DNA of 64,000 nucleotides from Verrucomicrobiaceae bacterium. Lineage in GTDB: Bacteria; Verrucomicrobiota; Verrucomicrobiia; Verrucomicrobiales; Verrucomicrobiaceae. The number at the start of each line of letters is the position of its first letter. Within the stretch, counting starts at the first letter, position 1. The notes under the pieces are model-generated. The model was not told the origin of the DNA. It worked only from the letters and a program-made list of their open reading frames with translations, and did not search any database. Of this stretch, positions 30,707-40,900 are shown piece after piece. The position numbers were made by a program, and so were the translations under genes. The DNA lies in contig JAJTDU010000013.1 in the NCBI GenBank assembly GCA_021298725.1, forward strand, positions 2,170 through 66,169, given 5' to 3'.

Positions 30707-32005
30707 ATGCTCTCGAACGTCACCTTCTTCCTCGCCCGACGCTACCTGCGCGCGAAGCGTTCGTTTGTCTCGGTGATCACGGTCATCTCCATCCTGGGAG
30801 TCATGGTCGGCGTGACGGCCATGATCGTCATCAGCTCGGTGATGAAAGGCTTTGAGGGCGAGTTTCGCCAGGCGCTCATCGGCTCGGAGCCGCACATCCT
30901 GCTGCACCCGCAGGGCAAGAAGCCTGCCACGGCCAAGGCAGCCGCCGAGGTGCTCGCCAAGGTGCTGCCGCAGCCCGACGTGCTCGCTGCCAGCAGCTAC
31001 ATCCTTGGCTTCATGTATGCGGAGCATGGGAGGCAGCAGTCAGCCATGGACGTCATCGGACTGCCGGAGGACGGAGCCAAGGATTACATGGCCAAGATCG
31101 CGCGGCACCGCCTTGAGGGTTCGCTGGAACTGCGCCACGGCGGCGTGGTCTGTCCGGATTACATCGCGGGACAGCTCGATGCGCATCCCGGAGACAAAAT
31201 CAGCGTCTATGCCTCCTCGAACGTCACCAGCGCCGTGCAGCGCTTCCGTGTCGCCTCAGACGAGCAGGACGAGGCCAAGCGTCATGCCGCCTACAAGGAC
31301 ATCAAGCTGCACGCGCAGGAGATCATCCTCCAGGGCTACACCCGCTCTGAAACGGCCGGTGCCTACGGCTACACCACGCTGGAGACCGCCCAGCAAATCT
31401 TTGGCCTGGGCGAGAATGTCCACGGCGTCCTGATCGAATTGAAGCAGCCCGGTGAGGTGAAGGAGGTCATCAAGCGCTTCACCGCCGCTGGAATCATCCC
31501 CGCAGGCTGGAGCGCCTCGCTATGGACGGACGCGGGCGATGCGCGCCTCGCCGCCATGAGCAACGAGCGTGTCATGATGGGCATCGTGCTCATGATCATC
31601 TTCGTTGTGGCCGCGTTCTCCGTCATGAACACCACCATCACCGTGACCACGCAGAAACGCCGCGAGATCGGCGTGCTCACCGCGCTGGGTTCGCGGCAGA
31701 GCCAGATCATCGGCATCTTCGTCGCGCAGGCGGCCTTTGTGGGCACGCTCGGCACCCTGACCGGTCTCGGACTGAGCAGCCTCGTGCTCTGGCTGCGCGA
31801 TGACATCCGCATGGGCATCGCCATCCTCAGCGGTGGCAACGCCGATGCCTCCTCCGGCATGTTTTTGGCGACGATTCCCGCTCAAATCGAACCCTGGTTC
31901 ATCCTCGCCACCTGCCTGGGTGCCATCAGCCTCTGTTTGTTGGCCGCATTGCCGCCGGCATGGCTCGCTGCGCGGGTGGACCCGGCGGTGGCTTTGCGAG
32001 ACTGA
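30707..32005 (+). CDS. LolC/E-family lipoprotein-releasing ABC permease
   Basis: LARRYLRAKRSFVSVITVISILGV, VAAFSVMNT...KRREIGVL, AARVDPAVALRD. Confidence 0.9.
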   Translation: MLSNVTFFLARRYLRAKRSFVSVITVISILGVMVGVTAMIVISSVMKGFEGEFRQALIGSEPHILLHPQGKKPATAKAAAEVLAKVLPQPDVLAASSYILGFMYAEHGRQQSAMDVIGLPEDGAKDYMAKIARHRLEGSLELRHGGVVCPDYIAGQLDAHPGDKISVYASSNVTSAVQRFRVASDEQDEAKRHAAYKDIKLHAQEIILQGYTRSETAGAYGYTTLETAQQIFGLGENVHGVLIELKQPGEVKEVIKRFTAAGIIPAGWSASLWTDAGDARLAAMSNERVMMGIVLMIIFVVAAFSVMNTTITVTTQKRREIGVLTALGSRQSQIIGIFVAQAAFVGTLGTLTGLGLSSLVLWLRDDIRMGIAILSGGNADASSGMFLATIPAQIEPWFILATCLGAISLCLLAALPPAWLAARVDPAVALRD

Positions 32006-32014
32006 GGCCGGCGG

Positions 32015-32126
32015 GAATGACGAATGAGTAAATCCGAATGACGAACGAAAGCCCAATGACCAAGCCTCAAACTCACCGCGTGTCGTGGCCGCTTCGTGGC
32101 GATTCATCATTCGTGCTTCGACATTT
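32015..32126. repeat. Inverted short-tandem-repeat element (GAATGAC arm / TCATTCG arm)
   Basis: gaatgacgaatga...gaatgacgaacga...aatgacc followed by gattcatcattcgtgcttcgacatt, between the two lol permeases. Confidence 0.75.
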
Positions 32127-32181
32127 ACCGCCTGCGCGGGCCGTCATGCTCCCTGCCGCCTAAAAACGCCGACCCACCACG

Positions 32182-33486
32182 ATGTCCAGCGCCCCTCTCT
32201 TCCTCGCCCTCCGCTACCTGCGGCCCACGCGTTCGTTCATCTCGATCATCACCGTGATCTCGATGCTCGGCGTCATGCTCGGCGTCGGAGTGCTGGTGTT
32301 TGTGATGTCTGTGTTCAGCGGCTGGCAGCGTGAGTTCCGCCAGATGCTCATCGGCTTCGAGCCGCATGCCATGGTGCAGCCCATGAACTCGCGCGACAAT
32401 CCGGCCGCCTCCCAATGGCGCGAGGTGCGGAAAGCGCTCGCCGCGCATCCCGAAGTCGCCTCCGCCGTGCCGATCGCGGAAGGGGTCGTCTTTGTCGAGA
32501 ACGAGAGCAGTCTGCAAGGCGTCAGGATCATCGGCATGGCGGATGAGGCGGACAACGCCCTGCTGCAAAAGCTCAAGAAACACCTCAAGGAGGGCAAGTT
32601 CGACCTCAAGGGCGACTCCATCGTCCTAAGCGACAAATTCGCCCGTGAGATCGGCGCCAAGATCGGCGACACGCTCGTCGTGCATGCCGCCGAAAGCGTG
32701 GACCAGTTCATCCAGCAGGTGCGCGAGATCCCCGAGGGCACGGAGGAGAAAAAACGCGCCGAGGCGCTCGACAACGTCACCGTGCTATCCAAAGACCTCA
32801 CCCTCGTGGCCACGCTGCGGGCGGACACCGCTGGGCTGCGTGGTTATGTGCCGCTGCACATCGCACAGGAGTTTTTCAACCTCGACAGCAACATCAGCGG
32901 CATCGAGCTGGAGTTGAAGGACGCTGACAACGCCGAACCCATCCTGGACGCGATCTACCGCTCCGGCGGCATTCCAGAAACCTGGGGCTGGAACACCTGG
33001 GTGCAGGAGCACGGCCCCATGCTTGAGTCCGTCGAAAATCAGCGCACCATGATGTGGTTCATCCTGCTCTTCATCATGCTCGTGGCCGCCATCTGCGTGA
33101 TGAACACCACCATCACCGTCACCGTGAAAAAACGCCGCGAGATCGGCATCCTCACCGCCCTGGGCACTCGCGCTTGGCAGATCATCGCCATCTTCGTGTC
33201 TCAAGCCGGAATCGTGGCCCTCTTCGGGGTCGTAGCCGGCCTCGGCGGCGGCTTCTTCTTCCTCAGCATCCGCAACTGGCTGCGGGATCAAATCGCCGCC
33301 CTCACCGGACGCGACATCTTCCCGCAGGACATCTACTTCCTCTCCAGCATCCCCGCTCACACCAATCTCGCCGACCTCTTCACCATCTGCACCACCGCCG
33401 TCGCCCTCTGCCTCCTGGCCGCGCTGGTGCCCGCATGGTTTGCCGCGCGGGTTGATCCGGCCGTGGCGCTACGGGATGGGGGTTAA
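32182..33486 (+). CDS. LolC/E-family lipoprotein-releasing ABC permease (paralog)
   Basis: LALRYLRPTRSFISIITVIS, KRREIGIL, FPQDIYFLSSIPA, AARVDPAVALRD. Confidence 0.9.
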   Translation: MSSAPLFLALRYLRPTRSFISIITVISMLGVMLGVGVLVFVMSVFSGWQREFRQMLIGFEPHAMVQPMNSRDNPAASQWREVRKALAAHPEVASAVPIAEGVVFVENESSLQGVRIIGMADEADNALLQKLKKHLKEGKFDLKGDSIVLSDKFAREIGAKIGDTLVVHAAESVDQFIQQVREIPEGTEEKKRAEALDNVTVLSKDLTLVATLRADTAGLRGYVPLHIAQEFFNLDSNISGIELELKDADNAEPILDAIYRSGGIPETWGWNTWVQEHGPMLESVENQRTMMWFILLFIMLVAAICVMNTTITVTVKKRREIGILTALGTRAWQIIAIFVSQAGIVALFGVVAGLGGGFFFLSIRNWLRDQIAALTGRDIFPQDIYFLSSIPAHTNLADLFTICTTAVALCLLAALVPAWFAARVDPAVALRDGG

Positions 33487-33650
33487 CGTTCCAAGGTTCA
33501 CGCAATCGGCGGAATCTTTCGCCTGCTCAGCAAACAGCGCACGACAGCCCTCTTCACCACCTTGGGTTCCATGGTCGTTTTGCGCTTTAGCAGAGACACT
33601 TCGCCAGGCGTTTTATTCTCCAGGTGGACGGCATCTCGTTCCTGCCCAGC

Positions 33651-33806
33651 TCATGATTGACGACCAAGAATGCGGTCCATCGAGTCGGAAGTCTGCCAGA
33701 TCAGCGCTTCGGGGTAATGCGCATACGGGTAGAAGTATTCGAAGGTCAGGAAGCCTTGGTAACCGGTCTCCGCGAGGGCGTCGGTGACGGCGGGAAAGGA
33801 AGTCAT
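33651..33806 (-). pseudogene. C-terminal remnant of a sugar-phosphate isomerase/epimerase (xylose-isomerase-like TIM barrel)
   Basis: FPAVTDALAETGYQGFLTFEYFYPYAHYPEALIWQTSDSMDRILGRQ. Only the GYxGxxTxE-containing tail is present. Confidence 0.65.
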
Positions 33807-33952
33807 GAGGCGGATTCATCCGGTCATGCCATCAGAAGAGATCGGCTGCGGCAAGGAAGTTTCTCATCGCTTCTGGCAGCGACGCGCCCACTGAGCCTTG
33901 GCTGCCCTTCATTTCTCGATTGCGGCGGGGCGGTTCAGGCTCAGCATGATCC

Positions 33953-34534
33953 ATGATTTTCCGCCCATGGCCGCTGCTGGCCTTTTTGAGCACGGCCATG
34001 GCCTTCGAGGCGCTCAAACCGCACCCAAAGGCCGTTCCGAACATCCATCCGCCGGGCGCGGTGGATCGACCGGAGATGGTGAAGTTCATCGTGAGTGATC
34101 CAGCGTCACTGCCGGGCATCGTGGTGGATGAGACAGCGGCAGAGCTGGTGGGAGAGTGGCAATACTCGACCCACACACCGCCCTACGTCGGGCTCGGTTA
34201 CCTGCATGACATGAAGGCGGGCAAAGGAGCCAAGTCGGTGACATTCACGCCGGATCTGCCGAAGGCGGGCTGGTATGAAGTGCGGTTGGCCCATTGTTAC
34301 AACGTGCGGCGCTCCACAAAGACACCCGTGACCATCCATCATGCCGATGGCGACACCACGGTGCGCATCAATCAGCAGGCAGAACCCGTGCATAACCACC
34401 TCTTCCGCACGCTCGGCACGTTTCGCTTTGCAGCAGGGCGCAAAGGTTGGGTGCGTGTGTCAAACGATGGCACGGAACCGAGCAAGGTGGTCATCGCCGA
34501 CGCCGTGCAGTTTTTGCCGGTGGGCGGGAATTGA
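33953..34534 (+). CDS. Secreted protein with golvesin/xanthan-lyase C-terminal-like beta domain
   Basis: Signal peptide, GIVVDETAAELVGEW, YVGLGYLHD, GWYEVRL, VIADAVQFLP. Confidence 0.75.
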   Translation: MIFRPWPLLAFLSTAMAFEALKPHPKAVPNIHPPGAVDRPEMVKFIVSDPASLPGIVVDETAAELVGEWQYSTHTPPYVGLGYLHDMKAGKGAKSVTFTPDLPKAGWYEVRLAHCYNVRRSTKTPVTIHHADGDTTVRINQQAEPVHNHLFRTLGTFRFAAGRKGWVRVSNDGTEPSKVVIADAVQFLPVGGN

Positions 34535-34752
34535 AGAGCCGCCGCAACATGCGCAGCAAGATCGGCGCACTCCGCCATGCAAACCACCGAGCTCACGCCC
34601 TTTAGGTGCTGGGCATGCTTGAGCGACTCCTGGAAGAGCCGCTCAACGCAGGCGGGGTCGGCATTCATGGAGATCGCATCGTACAATCATCCCATGCATC
34701 TCCCGTCCCCCTTTAGATATTGAATCAGTGTTCAAACACTTCTTCAGCCCCT

Positions 34753-36033
34753 TCACCGGACGACGTCACCCACCAGCAGGATCGCACCGGGATAAAATGC
34801 GGTGGCGTCGAAGCGCTCCGGTTTGTCGATCTTGTTGCCGTTCTTCGCCAGGATCTGCGCCTTGTCCGGCTGCTCGGGATGGATCTCGATCTTCACGGTG
34901 TGGACAGCGTCCTTCAGGTCCGTGCCGATCATGAGCGCACTCAGCCGGTGGTAGGTGCAGTAGGCATCAAAGCGCGGCACGATCTTCACCGGCTGATCAT
35001 CCAGCGTCACGCTCACCTGCCCGCCGTCCGGGCCGATGATGTCGTAAATCGAGCAGCGCGTGCCCTTGAACTGAAACGTGATCGTGGCGCCCGGTTTGGT
35101 CCCCTTGTGCAGCGTCGTCATGCGGTTTGCCCAGCGCTTGCCAAAGTCGTCCGTCTTTGAATCAAGCAGCGTGAAGCCTTCGGACAGCCTCGCGGCGGTG
35201 ATCGGCAGCAGTTTGGCCTGCTCGTAGTTCGTGGCGATGAATGGCGCGCCTAAAACATGAGCGGCTGGCGTTTTCGAAGCCGCCTGGATCGGCTCCAGCG
35301 CGCGCACGATGGCCTGAAGATACAGTTCGTGACCGGTTTCGACATGCGGATGCACGCTGTCCGGCGCGAAGACGAATTTCCCTTCGAGCACCTTCTTCTC
35401 CTCGTCTGTCTTCGGCAGCTTGGCCTTCCAGACCAGCTTTCCTTCCTTCGCCAGCTTCGCGACCTCCATTCCCAGGTGAATCGTCGGGATGCTGTAGTGA
35501 TCGGCGATCTTTTCCATCGCGCTGGCCGAACGCTGGAATTTGCCCTCCAGCATCGCCGGAGCCAGCGCCTCAGTCAGTGTATAGACAAAGCAGATGTCGC
35601 ATTCCGGCAGTGTCTTCCACGTCTGACGCACGATGCCCTCCATGCAGCGAAAAATCTGCTCCGGCTGCGCACCGCCGTCATTCACCGCGAATTCGACAAA
35701 CAACAGGTCCGGCTGGTGATCCAGCACGTCCTGCTTCAGCCGAAACACACCGAGATCCGAGCCCGTGCCACCGATGGCCGCGTTGATCTCGCTGAACTTC
35801 GCCTGCGGCCAGGTTTTCTGAAAATGCGCCAGCGTCTTCGGCCGCCAGCCGTTTTGCGCCGTGATCGAGCCGCCGAGGTAGCCGATCTTGATCTGTGCGC
35901 CCGCCGTGTTCGCCTTGGCCAGGAAATTCGGCAGCCCATTGCGCGGACGACATTCCTGGGCAGGCACCAATGGAAACTCCTCTGCAGCGTGAGTGGAAAC
36001 GAGCAAGAGCAGGAACAGGAAATGGCGCAGCAT
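34753..36033 (-). CDS. SGNH/GDSL hydrolase family protein
   Basis: YLGGSIT, NAAIGGTGS, VEFAVND, DSVHP, signal peptide. Confidence 0.88.
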   Translation of the reverse strand: MLRHFLFLLLLVSTHAAEEFPLVPAQECRPRNGLPNFLAKANTAGAQIKIGYLGGSITAQNGWRPKTLAHFQKTWPQAKFSEINAAIGGTGSDLGVFRLKQDVLDHQPDLLFVEFAVNDGGAQPEQIFRCMEGIVRQTWKTLPECDICFVYTLTEALAPAMLEGKFQRSASAMEKIADHYSIPTIHLGMEVAKLAKEGKLVWKAKLPKTDEEKKVLEGKFVFAPDSVHPHVETGHELYLQAIVRALEPIQAASKTPAAHVLGAPFIATNYEQAKLLPITAARLSEGFTLLDSKTDDFGKRWANRMTTLHKGTKPGATITFQFKGTRCSIYDIIGPDGGQVSVTLDDQPVKIVPRFDAYCTYHRLSALMIGTDLKDAVHTVKIEIHPEQPDKAQILAKNGNKIDKPERFDATAFYPGAILLVGDVVR

Positions 36034-36082
36034 AAAGGGTTGGATTGAAAGGATTCCCAGCCAGCATGCGAAGCAAATTTCC

Positions 36083-37105
36083 ATGAACAACTTCGACTTT
36101 CGCCCGCACCTGCAACGCGGCCTCGCCATCCCCGCGCATCCGCTGGCGCTCGACTCCCATCGCAAACTCGACGAGCGGCGGCAACGGGCGCTGTCACGCT
36201 ACTACATCGCCGCTGGAGTCGGTGGCTTGGCCGTCGGCGTTCACACCACGCAGTTTGCCATCCGCGATCCGCAGGTCGGTTTGTTCAAGCCGGTGCTCGA
36301 ACTGGCGCAGGAGGAGATGGATCGCGCCGCAAAGCCGCTCGTGCGCATCGGCGGCATCTGCGGCGCGACGAAACAGGCCGTGGCCGAAGCTGCCTTGCTC
36401 AACGAACTCGGCTATCACGCTGGCTTGCTCAGTCTCGGGGCGCTGCGTGATGCCACGGAGGAAGAATTGATCGCTCATTGTCGTGCCGTGGCGGAAATCA
36501 TCCCGGTCGTGGGCTTCTATCTTCAACCCAGCGTCGGCGGGCGTGTGCTGAGGCACTCGTTCTGGCGTCGCTTCGCTGAAATCGACAACGTCGCCGCCAT
36601 CAAGATCGCGCCGTTCAACCGCTACCAGACGCTCGATGTCGTGCGCGCCGTGATCGAGGCCGGGCGGGATGACATCGCGCTCTACACCGGCAACGACGAC
36701 AGCATCGTGGCCGATTTCGTGACGCCGTTTCGTTTCGGTGGCCAAGAGCGCCGCATCGTGGGCGGCTTGCTCGGCCACTGGTCGGTCTGGACGAGACGCG
36801 CAGTCGAACTGCTCGAACAATGCCGGAACGCCGACGCCACGCCCGCGCTGCTGCGCCTCGGCGTGGAAGTCACGGACAGCAACGCGGCGTTCTTCGATGC
36901 CGCGAATGCGTTTCGCGGCTGCATCGCCGGTTTGCACGAAGTTTTGCGCCGCCAGGGCCTGCTGGAGGGCCTGTGGTGCCTCGATGAGCACGCAACCCTC
37001 AGCCCCGGTCAGCTAGCCGAGATCGACCGCGTCTATCAAGCCTATCCACACCTCAACGACGACGCGTTCGTCGCCGAGCATCGGGACGAGTGGCTGCGCT
37101 GCTGA
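36083..37105 (+). CDS. Dihydrodipicolinate synthase (class I aldolase) family protein
   Basis: IPAHPLAL, GLAVGVHTTQF, GFYLQPSVGG, AIKIAPFNRY, LYTGNDD. Confidence 0.88.
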   Translation: MNNFDFRPHLQRGLAIPAHPLALDSHRKLDERRQRALSRYYIAAGVGGLAVGVHTTQFAIRDPQVGLFKPVLELAQEEMDRAAKPLVRIGGICGATKQAVAEAALLNELGYHAGLLSLGALRDATEEELIAHCRAVAEIIPVVGFYLQPSVGGRVLRHSFWRRFAEIDNVAAIKIAPFNRYQTLDVVRAVIEAGRDDIALYTGNDDSIVADFVTPFRFGGQERRIVGGLLGHWSVWTRRAVELLEQCRNADATPALLRLGVEVTDSNAAFFDAANAFRGCIAGLHEVLRRQGLLEGLWCLDEHATLSPGQLAEIDRVYQAYPHLNDDAFVAEHRDEWLRC

Positions 37106-37198
37106 AAAAAGAAGCGATCCCATGGCTGCGTTCGGCATCAACGCCCCGATTTCGACCGCCAAGCGCAAAGGACGGCTGGTGGTGAGAGTTTTGAGGAT

Positions 37199-37204
37199 TA
37201 CAAT
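37199..37204 (+). promoter_or_regulatory. -10 box of a leaderless-type promoter
   Basis: TACAAT 6 nt before ATG 37211. Confidence 0.5.
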
Positions 37205-37210
37205 CGCCCC

Positions 37211-37675
37211 ATGCCTCTCACCCACCCACGCGTCGAAGTCAGCATCGGCACCCAGCGCCTGCGTTTGTTCGACGCTGCGCACTTGGTCAACGAATGGGCC
37301 TGCTCCACGTCGAAATTCGGCCTCGGCTTCACCGAGGGTAGCCACCAGACGCCGCTGGGCCGCTTTGTGGTCAAAGAGAAGCACGGCGAGGGGGCGGAAA
37401 GCGGCACGATTTTCAAATCCCGGCAGCCGGTCGGCCTGTGGACACCTGGGATGGACACGAAGTCTGATTTCGTCCTTACCCGCATCCTCTGGCTGCACGG
37501 CCTGGAGCCGCGCAACGCGAACACTTTTCAGCGCTACATTTACATCCACGGCACCAACGATGAAAACAGCATCGGCCGCCCCGCCAGTCACGGCTGCGTG
37601 CGCTTGCGGAACCGGGATATGATCCAGTTGTTCGATCTCGTGCCGACGGAGACGAGCGTGTGGATTGGGGAATGA
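37211..37675 (+). CDS. L,D-transpeptidase (YkuD domain)
   Basis: TPLGRF, YIYIHGTN...SHGCVRL catalytic motif. Confidence 0.9.
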   Translation: MPLTHPRVEVSIGTQRLRLFDAAHLVNEWACSTSKFGLGFTEGSHQTPLGRFVVKEKHGEGAESGTIFKSRQPVGLWTPGMDTKSDFVLTRILWLHGLEPRNANTFQRYIYIHGTNDENSIGRPASHGCVRLRNRDMIQLFDLVPTETSVWIGE

Positions 37676-37722
37676 GTTTCAAGTTCGGCTGCCGATCCAT
37701 CCAACATAAAACTTGAAACTCA
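37673..37722. repeat. 13-bp perfect inverted repeat
   Basis: TGAGTTTCAAGTT ... AACTTGAAACTCA with a 24-nt loop, overlapping the stop codon. Confidence 0.7.
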
Positions 37723-37985
37723 CTGGAGCAGCCCGAGCCAGTTTGGCGCTGCGGTGCTGGACCGTTCCTGGACCCGAAACGTGACCGAGGGAGGCCAGGG
37801 AGAGCCCCCGCGCGGCGGCTGCATGCGCAGGGGCACGGCACCGCGCCTACGAGCTCAAATGCTGTCCTGACCTGGAAACCCGGGCGATTGGAGAAACAAT
37901 TGACAACCAGCAGGTTGAACGAGAGCTCTTTGAGTGGCGTCTATGGCTACCCTCTGCTAATACACTCGCACTTTTGCCCACAACC

Positions 37986-40900
37986 ATGTGTTTTCGCTCA
38001 TTCAGCCTGCCTCTGCTGCTATCCCTCGTGGTACTGTCGTTCGCCACCGCTGCCCTGGCGGCACCAACCGCGCCGACCTATTTGGCGGCCCGCGCGGAAA
38101 CGAACACCAGCGTTGTGTTGCTGTGGAATGACAATTCGGCAGATGAGACGGGTTTTGAGATTCAATACACCACGGATCTGACCACGAATCCTCCGCCTTG
38201 GGTGTCGTTTGGGACTGTCGTCGCGAACCAGACTGGAGTGCAACTGACCACACCTGCGAATTTCGCAGCCAAGTATCAGGTCCGGGCGGTCAATGGCAGC
38301 GGAAATTCGGCCTTCACCCCGATTGTGACCTGCACGCAAGCCGCCTTCAACGCTCCTGGCAGCTTGAACAGGCTGGTGAATCAGGAATCCACCCTCATCA
38401 CATGGGCGGACAACGCCACGACCGAGACAGGTTTTGAAATCGAGACGAGGAAACTTCCCGCCGGAGCATTCAGCCTACTAGGTTCAGTCGGAGCCAATGT
38501 CGTGGTGGTCGATCTCCTGGGAAGTCTGGAACCTAACTCCAGCTACGAGGTGCGAATCCGGGCGCGAACAGGAGCCTCTGCTCCCTACACCTACTCTGGC
38601 TACTCCAACACCACCTCCCTCACCACGCAGTTCAATGCGCCGACGAGTCTGACGGCCACGACTGCCTCGGAAGGCACGGTAAACCTGAGTTGGTCGGACA
38701 ATTCTGCTATCGAACAAGGCTACGCGATCTATTTCAAACCAACCAGCAGTGGCAGCTATACCCTATTTAACTACAGCGCGGCCAATGCCTCCAGCTTCTC
38801 CGTTACAGGTCTAGCCGCGGGGACAGCATATGATTTCCAAGTGGCGGCCGCCTTTCAGTCGTCTCCTACCAACATTCTAGAATCTGCGCGCAGTAACACC
38901 ACCAGCGCGACGACCAGGGACGGCTTCACCAGTGGCACCGCCCCGCCCATCTTTCACAATCAACCTTTCTCCTACCAAGCGGTGGTGACCACCGGATCGG
39001 CCCGAACTTCGTGGAGCATCACAGGTCTGCCGACAGGCCTGGATTTCAATAGTTCGACCGGAGCCATCACGGGCACCGCCACAGTGACTGGCGCGTTCAA
39101 CTGCCCCATGTCCGCCACTTTTGCCAACGGCTGGACCACCAACAATACCCTCCAGCTTCGTGTGATCCGCGCCGCGGCGGCACCTGTCTCCGCTACCACA
39201 ATCGGGACACAAACGCTCGCTGCAGGCGGAAACACTTCTGTGTCTCTCACCGACAAGTTCTCGGACCCGGACTCTGAATCCGCAGTGCGTATCGTCACCA
39301 ACTTGGGGACGATGGACTTCATCCTCTACAACACAGCCACCCCGCAGACCGTCACGAACTTCCTGAGCTATGTCAACGCGGCTGTGAACAACTACAATGG
39401 CGCGGTTTTTCACCGCGCCATTCCGGGCTTCGTCGTTCAAGGCGGGGGCTTCAAGGTTCAGTCTGCGCCGAACAATTTCTCAGCGATCCCGACAGCGGCC
39501 TCTCCCATCAATGAGCCAGGAATTTCAAATCTACGCGGCACCGTGGCGATGGCTAAGATCGGGAGCAACCCGAACAGCGCCACGAATCAGTTCTTTGTGA
39601 ATTTAGGCAACAACAGCAGCAATCTCGACCGCGACAGCGGCAGTCCGAATGCGAACGGAGGATTCACCGCCTTCGCCCGCGTTGCCGGGAGCGGCATGAC
39701 CGTGGCAGATGCCATGGCGGGCCTGCCGACCGTCAATTCCAGCGTGAATGTGAATGGAACGCCAAACAGCTCTTTGACCGACTGGCCGCTGACCTCCGCC
39801 TCCGCGAGCATGGACACCACGAAGGTGGTGTCCATCTCATCCGCAGCGCCCGTGGCCGTTTTGAGTTATGCGGTGACTGGAAACACGAACAGTGCCGTGG
39901 CAAGTGCTGTGATCAGTGGCACGAACGTGCAGATCAATGCGCTCTCTGGAGGTCAGACCGACGTCACCGTCAGAGCCACGGATCTGGATGGCAACACCGT
40001 GACACAAACCTTCACCGTCACGGTGAACCAGACGCCTGTCTTCACCAACGGCCCGCCACCCAGCACCGCAGTGGTGGGCACGGCTTACAACTTCGCCTAT
40101 ACCGCGTCTGGCTTCCCTGCGCCGACGTTTTCCAGCACTGGCACGCTGCCACCGGGCCTGAGCCTGAGCAGCACAGGCGTGATCAGCGGCACGCCGACGA
40201 CGGCGGGCACTTACTCCGGCATCGTGGTGACAGCGGGCAACGGCATCGGCGTAGCCCCAACGCAGACGATCAGCATCACGGTCGATCAAATACCCTCGAT
40301 CACCAGTGCCGCACCAGCAGCGGGGATTGTTGGCACTGCCTATACTCACACGTACGCAGCGACTGGTTCTCCTGTGCCGACCTACAGCCTCACCGCAGGC
40401 GCACTGCCAGGGGGACTTTCTGTGAGCACCGCAGGCGTGATCTCCGGCACCCCGAACACAGCAGGCACCTTCACTGGAACCATCACGTCCACAAACAGAG
40501 CTGGCAGCTTCCCACAGGCTTTCTCCATCACCATCAATCAAGCCCCAGCCTTCATCAGTGGCGTTCCCACGACCACTGGCCTCCTCGGCACGGCTTACAG
40601 CTTCACTAGCGCGGCCAGTGGTTTCCCGCTGCCCACTTTCAGTGTTCCGGCCAACACGCTGCCCACGGGCCTGACTCTGAACTCCACCACTGGCGTCATC
40701 TCCGGCACTCCGTCGGCTACAGGTGCGTTCAGCGGCACTCTCACCGCCAGCAACGGGATCGGTAGCAACGCAACGCAGGCTTTCTCCATCACCATCAATC
40801 AAGCCCCGACCTTCACCAGCAGCACGCCGACGAATTCGGGCACGTTTAACACGGCCTACAACTTCACTTGCACGGCTTCCGGCTTTCCAGCGCCATCGTT

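Noticed and set aside
34535-34750. Protein-like fragments in spacers (also 24894-25145 and 37723-37985)
   Set aside because: No recognisable motif or complete ORF. Cannot be assigned without a search.
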